Assembly: GCA_964358625.1 (NCBI GenBank)
Contig: CAYHPG010000001.1
Span: 1-35,221 of the forward strand
DNA: 35,221 nucleotides
Reading direction: 5' to 3'
Source: an uncultured Gammaproteobacteria bacterium
GTDB lineage: Bacteria > Patescibacteriota > Patescibacteriia > JACQSD01
How positions within the stretch are numbered: the first letter of the stretch is position 1; each line of letters opens with the position of its first letter. The notes under the pieces were generated by a model. It was not told the DNA's origin. It worked only from the letters and a program-made list of their open reading frames with translations, and did no database searches. Both the position numbers and the translations under genes were made by a program. Shown one piece after another: positions 32,451-35,221 of the stretch.

Positions 32451-33053
32451 TTACTCCACCGTCACTCGCTCCATCACATCCCCTACGTGTATGCGGTCCA
32501 CGACATCTTGTCCAGAAATCACCACGCCAAAAATCGTATAGTTCGGGGGCAGGAAAGATGCATCATCAAGCATAATGAAGAATTGTGATCCATTGGTGTT
32601 TGGACCAGCGTTTGCCATGGCAACAATGCCCTTCGTGTACGCACGCTTTACCGGTTCATCTTCGAATTTATACCCCGGTCCACCCATACCATTGCCATTC
32701 GGATCCCCACCCTGAATCACAAACCCTTCTTCACGGCGATGAAAGGTGAGGCCGTTATAGAATCCCTCGCGTGCGAGTGTCAAAAAATTACTTGCTGCTT
32801 TCGGCGCTTCATTTCCAAACACTTCAAAAACAATCTCCCCTTTCGCGGTTACAATACGTACTTTTTTGTCATTACGCTCGGCTTCTGGCAATACACCCGG
32901 AAACGTAGTGTATGTCTTGCTTCGTACAGTAGCAGGATTTTCTTTTGGTGTCGTTGACTGCTCACTCACTATTTTTGGGGATCGCAATTTCCAAAATATG
33001 AACACACCGACTAAAAGAACGAATACGCCGAGGAGATATAAATAGTTCTTCAT
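32451..33053 (-). CDS. membrane-anchored cyclophilin-type peptidyl-prolyl isomerase
   Basis: It has an N-terminal TM helix followed by FYNGLTFHR...VIQGGDPNGNGMGGPGYKFEDE...GSQFFI. Confidence 0.9.
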   Translation of the reverse strand: MKNYLYLLGVFVLLVGVFIFWKLRSPKIVSEQSTTPKENPATVRSKTYTTFPGVLPEAERNDKKVRIVTAKGEIVFEVFGNEAPKAASNFLTLAREGFYNGLTFHRREEGFVIQGGDPNGNGMGGPGYKFEDEPVKRAYTKGIVAMANAGPNTNGSQFFIMLDDASFLPPNYTIFGVVISGQDVVDRIHVGDVMERVTVE

Positions 33054-34105
33054 AAAATAATTTCAATCCAGTCTTGTGGTGGAGTAAACCCATCACCACA
33101 GACGGTTTCAATAAGCGCGGTGCAAACTTTATACGGATCCATGCTCGCCGCCGGACGACGGTCTTCAATATAGCCGTATCCCTGATTTGCTGTTGCCATC
33201 GGAATACGGATGGATGCCCCGCGATCAGAAACTCCATAGCGGAACGTGTTGATATCGCACGTCTCGTGTCGCCCAGTCAAACGTTTATCATTTTCTGCTC
33301 CGTACACGGCGATATGTTGTTTGTGGCGCTCACCCAATTTTTTACATGCCGCAGTCGCGATCTCCATGCCGCCCGGTTCCCGCATTGCTTTCGTACTAAA
33401 ATTCGTATGCGCGCCTGCACCGTTCCAGTCGCCTGCAATGGGCTTCGGATCAAGCCGCGCAGAAATACCAAACTGATCAGCCAAACGATACAAGATCCAT
33501 CGCGCAAGCCATAGTTGATCCGCAACGTGAGGTGCACCAATAGCGCCAATTTGAAATTCCCACTGCGATGGCATCACCTCCGCATTTGTCCCGGCAATGG
33601 CAAGTCCCGCTTTCATACACGCTGTCGTGTGTGCTTCGATCAAAGGTGTACCATAGACCTCATCACTCCCCACGCCACAATAATATCGCCCTTGGGGTGC
33701 CGGGAAACCCGCACCTTCCGGCCAACGATATGGCCGAATGCCATCGGCGTCATAGAGCGTATATTCTTGCTCAATGCCAAACCACGGTTCATGCGCTTTG
33801 TATTTTTCGCTCGCTTCACGTAACCGCGCGCGTGTGTTGCTTCTGTGTACTGAACCATCGGCATTCAATACTTCACACATCACCAAAATATGCGGCTCTC
33901 CACGAATGGGATCCGGAATAAAATAGACGGGCTTCAAAGCGCAATCGCTATTTTTTGTTTCTGCTTGTTCCGTGCTCGAGCCGTCAAATCCCCAATCAGG
34001 AATTTCCTGCAAACGTTCCGGGCGAGTCGGTAATATTTTTGTCTTTGAACGCAACTTCGCACATGGCTTTCGACCGTCGATCCAGATGTATTCGGCTTTT
34101 ACCAT
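33050..34105 (-). CDS. glnA: glutamine synthetase, type II (eukaryote-like short form)
   Basis: The 351-aa ORF has AEYIWIDGRKPCAKLRSKTK, WFGIEQEYTL, YYCGVG, NGAGAHTNFS and a C-terminal EDRRPAASMDPY, which together form the GSII pattern. Confidence 0.85.
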   Translation of the reverse strand: MVKAEYIWIDGRKPCAKLRSKTKILPTRPERLQEIPDWGFDGSSTEQAETKNSDCALKPVYFIPDPIRGEPHILVMCEVLNADGSVHRSNTRARLREASEKYKAHEPWFGIEQEYTLYDADGIRPYRWPEGAGFPAPQGRYYCGVGSDEVYGTPLIEAHTTACMKAGLAIAGTNAEVMPSQWEFQIGAIGAPHVADQLWLARWILYRLADQFGISARLDPKPIAGDWNGAGAHTNFSTKAMREPGGMEIATAACKKLGERHKQHIAVYGAENDKRLTGRHETCDINTFRYGVSDRGASIRIPMATANQGYGYIEDRRPAASMDPYKVCTALIETVCGDGFTPPQDWIEIIL

Positions 34106-34117
34106 AAAAAAATACTG

Positions 34118-34166
34118 TTCGAGCGAAGTCGAGAACTTTCCTTATTGACTTCTCGACAAGCTCGAA
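34118..34166. repeat. copy of the intergenic palindromic repeat family (short form)
   Basis: TTCGAGCGAAGTCGAGAA ... CTTCTCGACAAGCTCGAA has the same arms as 7372-7447 but lacks the inner GTCCGC hairpin. Confidence 0.65.
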
Positions 34167-34189
34167 GAATACTTATTTTGATTACACTA

Positions 34190-35218
34190 TTATATTACGA
34201 AAGAGCATTGAGTTCTGTCAAACGATGGCCTAATATTTTCCTGTATTATCGTCTGCAATATCTTCGCGTTCCCATGCTGTAAAAGCCCAAGATACGATTG
34301 CAACATGCTGTTATTTCCCTGTTTCTCTGCTAGACGGCGCATCATTCTTCTCTTTGTCGCCGTGCGCAGAACCCGATGATCCATAAAATGCACCCAGCCA
34401 AGAAAATCAACGCCAGAAGCAACTGTACGAAGAAAAATCTTATCCGGATGCATTCGTAAACGCAGACGATCCCATAAAAACTCCTCCATGGCGGGCAACA
34501 AGCGCTGTAACCATTCTTTGTTCGAAGACAGCACAACAAAATCGTCGGCATAGCGAATATAATAATGCGCCTTGAGCTTGTGCTTTACAAATTGATCAAA
34601 TGTATTCATGTACATATTCACGAACAACTGCGACGTCAGATTCCCAAGAGGAAGACCGACCCCTTTCTCTCGCGTATAAAAACTTCCGAGGATTTTCGAA
34701 ATGAGCAAAATAATCTCCCGATCGGGTATATACTGCTCAAGAATGCTCAAAAGAATACGCTGATCGATCGAGGCAAAAAACTTTCGGATATCACATTGCA
34801 GTACCCATACTGTTTTCGTTTGCCCTTCTGATACGCGATACGCAAAAGAACAAAATTGCTCTATCGCCTTGTGCGTTCCTTTACCCTGCCGGCACGAGTA
34901 CGAATCGGCGATAAACGTCCGATCAAAAAACGGATACAATATCCGATACAACGCGCGGTGCAATACGCGATCGCGCACCGATGCTTTGTGGATATTTCTT
35001 GGTTTCGGATCCGCAATATCAAATGCTTCATATGGTGAATGCCGATACGTCTTTGCAACCAAATCATTATGGAGCGCGATAATATTCCCCATAAAATCAA
35101 AAGCAAACTCCTGCACGTCCTTTCTGCTACGTTTCCCACGCACAAATTCCTTCCACGCGTCTAGAAGATTTTCGAGCGAAATGATATCGTGATAACTATA
35201 ATCAAATTGTAATTTCAT
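34190..35218 (-). CDS. diversity-generating-retroelement (DGR)-type reverse transcriptase
   Basis: The 342-aa ORF has RT motifs 1-7: PKPRNIHKASVRDRVLHRAL, SYSCRQGKGTHKA, VLQCDIRKFFASID, GLPLGNLTSQLFVNMYM (the DGR-diagnostic LGxxxSQ) and YIRYADDFVVL (YxDD). It has no maturase or endonuclease extension. Confidence 0.85.
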   Translation of the reverse strand: MKLQFDYSYHDIISLENLLDAWKEFVRGKRSRKDVQEFAFDFMGNIIALHNDLVAKTYRHSPYEAFDIADPKPRNIHKASVRDRVLHRALYRILYPFFDRTFIADSYSCRQGKGTHKAIEQFCSFAYRVSEGQTKTVWVLQCDIRKFFASIDQRILLSILEQYIPDREIILLISKILGSFYTREKGVGLPLGNLTSQLFVNMYMNTFDQFVKHKLKAHYYIRYADDFVVLSSNKEWLQRLLPAMEEFLWDRLRLRMHPDKIFLRTVASGVDFLGWVHFMDHRVLRTATKRRMMRRLAEKQGNNSMLQSYLGLLQHGNAKILQTIIQENIRPSFDRTQCSFVI

Positions 35219-35221
35219 ATT

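Noticed and set aside
34190-35218. A retron or group II intron interpretation of the RT.
   Set aside because: The motif-4 sequence is LGxxxSQ (DGR type), not QGxxxSP. There is no maturase/X or endonuclease domain. No domain V/VI-like RNA or msr/msd-like inverted repeats are visible in the 84 nt downstream.

Overview
This is a 35.2-kb, gene-dense fragment in which every convincing gene (about 45 CDS and 2 tRNAs) lies on the minus strand. Many genes have 4-nt ATGA-type overlaps, which suggests long co-directional operons. All calls rest on reading the ORF translations and the raw sequence by eye; no database search or folding program was run.

The content looks like a small-genome bacterium of the Candidate Phyla Radiation / Parcubacteria type. 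This placement is an inference from a split transketolase, DUF4012 plus repeat-domain envelope proteins, native genes that mostly lack Shine-Dalgarno sequences, tRNAs without an encoded CCA, and a DGR-type reverse transcriptase.

Reading along the transcribed (minus) strand, from high to low coordinates:
- DGR-type reverse transcriptase (RT), ending 3 nt from the window edge.
- Type II glutamine synthetase, cyclophilin and MnmA.
- A GC-rich island of five small SD-led genes (three tiny membrane proteins, a stand-alone NrdR-like zinc ribbon and an MraZ-like protein).
- About 540 nt with no ORF, then a 148-bp MITE-like composite palindrome.
- A secreted glycoside hydrolase-like protein, an orphan receiver domain, a short AlaRS, a methyltransferase and a secreted coiled-coil protein.
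- tRNA-Pro, a zinc-ribbon mini-ORF, YggU, a Cys-rich membrane protein and RarA.
- Small hypothetical proteins, then DUF4012 plus a DUF11-like envelope pair.
- A PaaX/Cas2-fold regulator flanked by two copies of a 38-bp palindrome.
- Tgt, a small membrane protein, and a ClpB/C-like AAA+ protein with an N-terminal DnaJ-type zinc finger and TM helices.
- A 295-nt structured gap, a MraY/WecA-family transferase, DUF192, L21, tRNA-Glu and a DEDD exonuclease.
- A thiol-redox cluster (DsbA-like, Grx-like, TrxB, TrxB-like), a beta-CASP MBL nuclease and a LOG-like protein.
- The non-oxidative pentose phosphate operon (rpiB, rpe, split tkt).

The points most worth a second look are:
- The DGR RT sits at the contig edge with no TR/VR visible in the window.
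- The compositionally foreign small-gene island has an adjacent long non-coding stretch.
- Several families of long palindromic elements occur. Three lie in frame inside coding genes (tgt, mnmA, DUF4012), which resembles the behaviour of Rickettsia palindromic elements.
- The Clp-like ATPase is membrane-anchored and zinc-finger-tagged, and its D1 Walker B glutamate is replaced by glycine.

I cannot demonstrate a complete, defined novel system from sequence alone.
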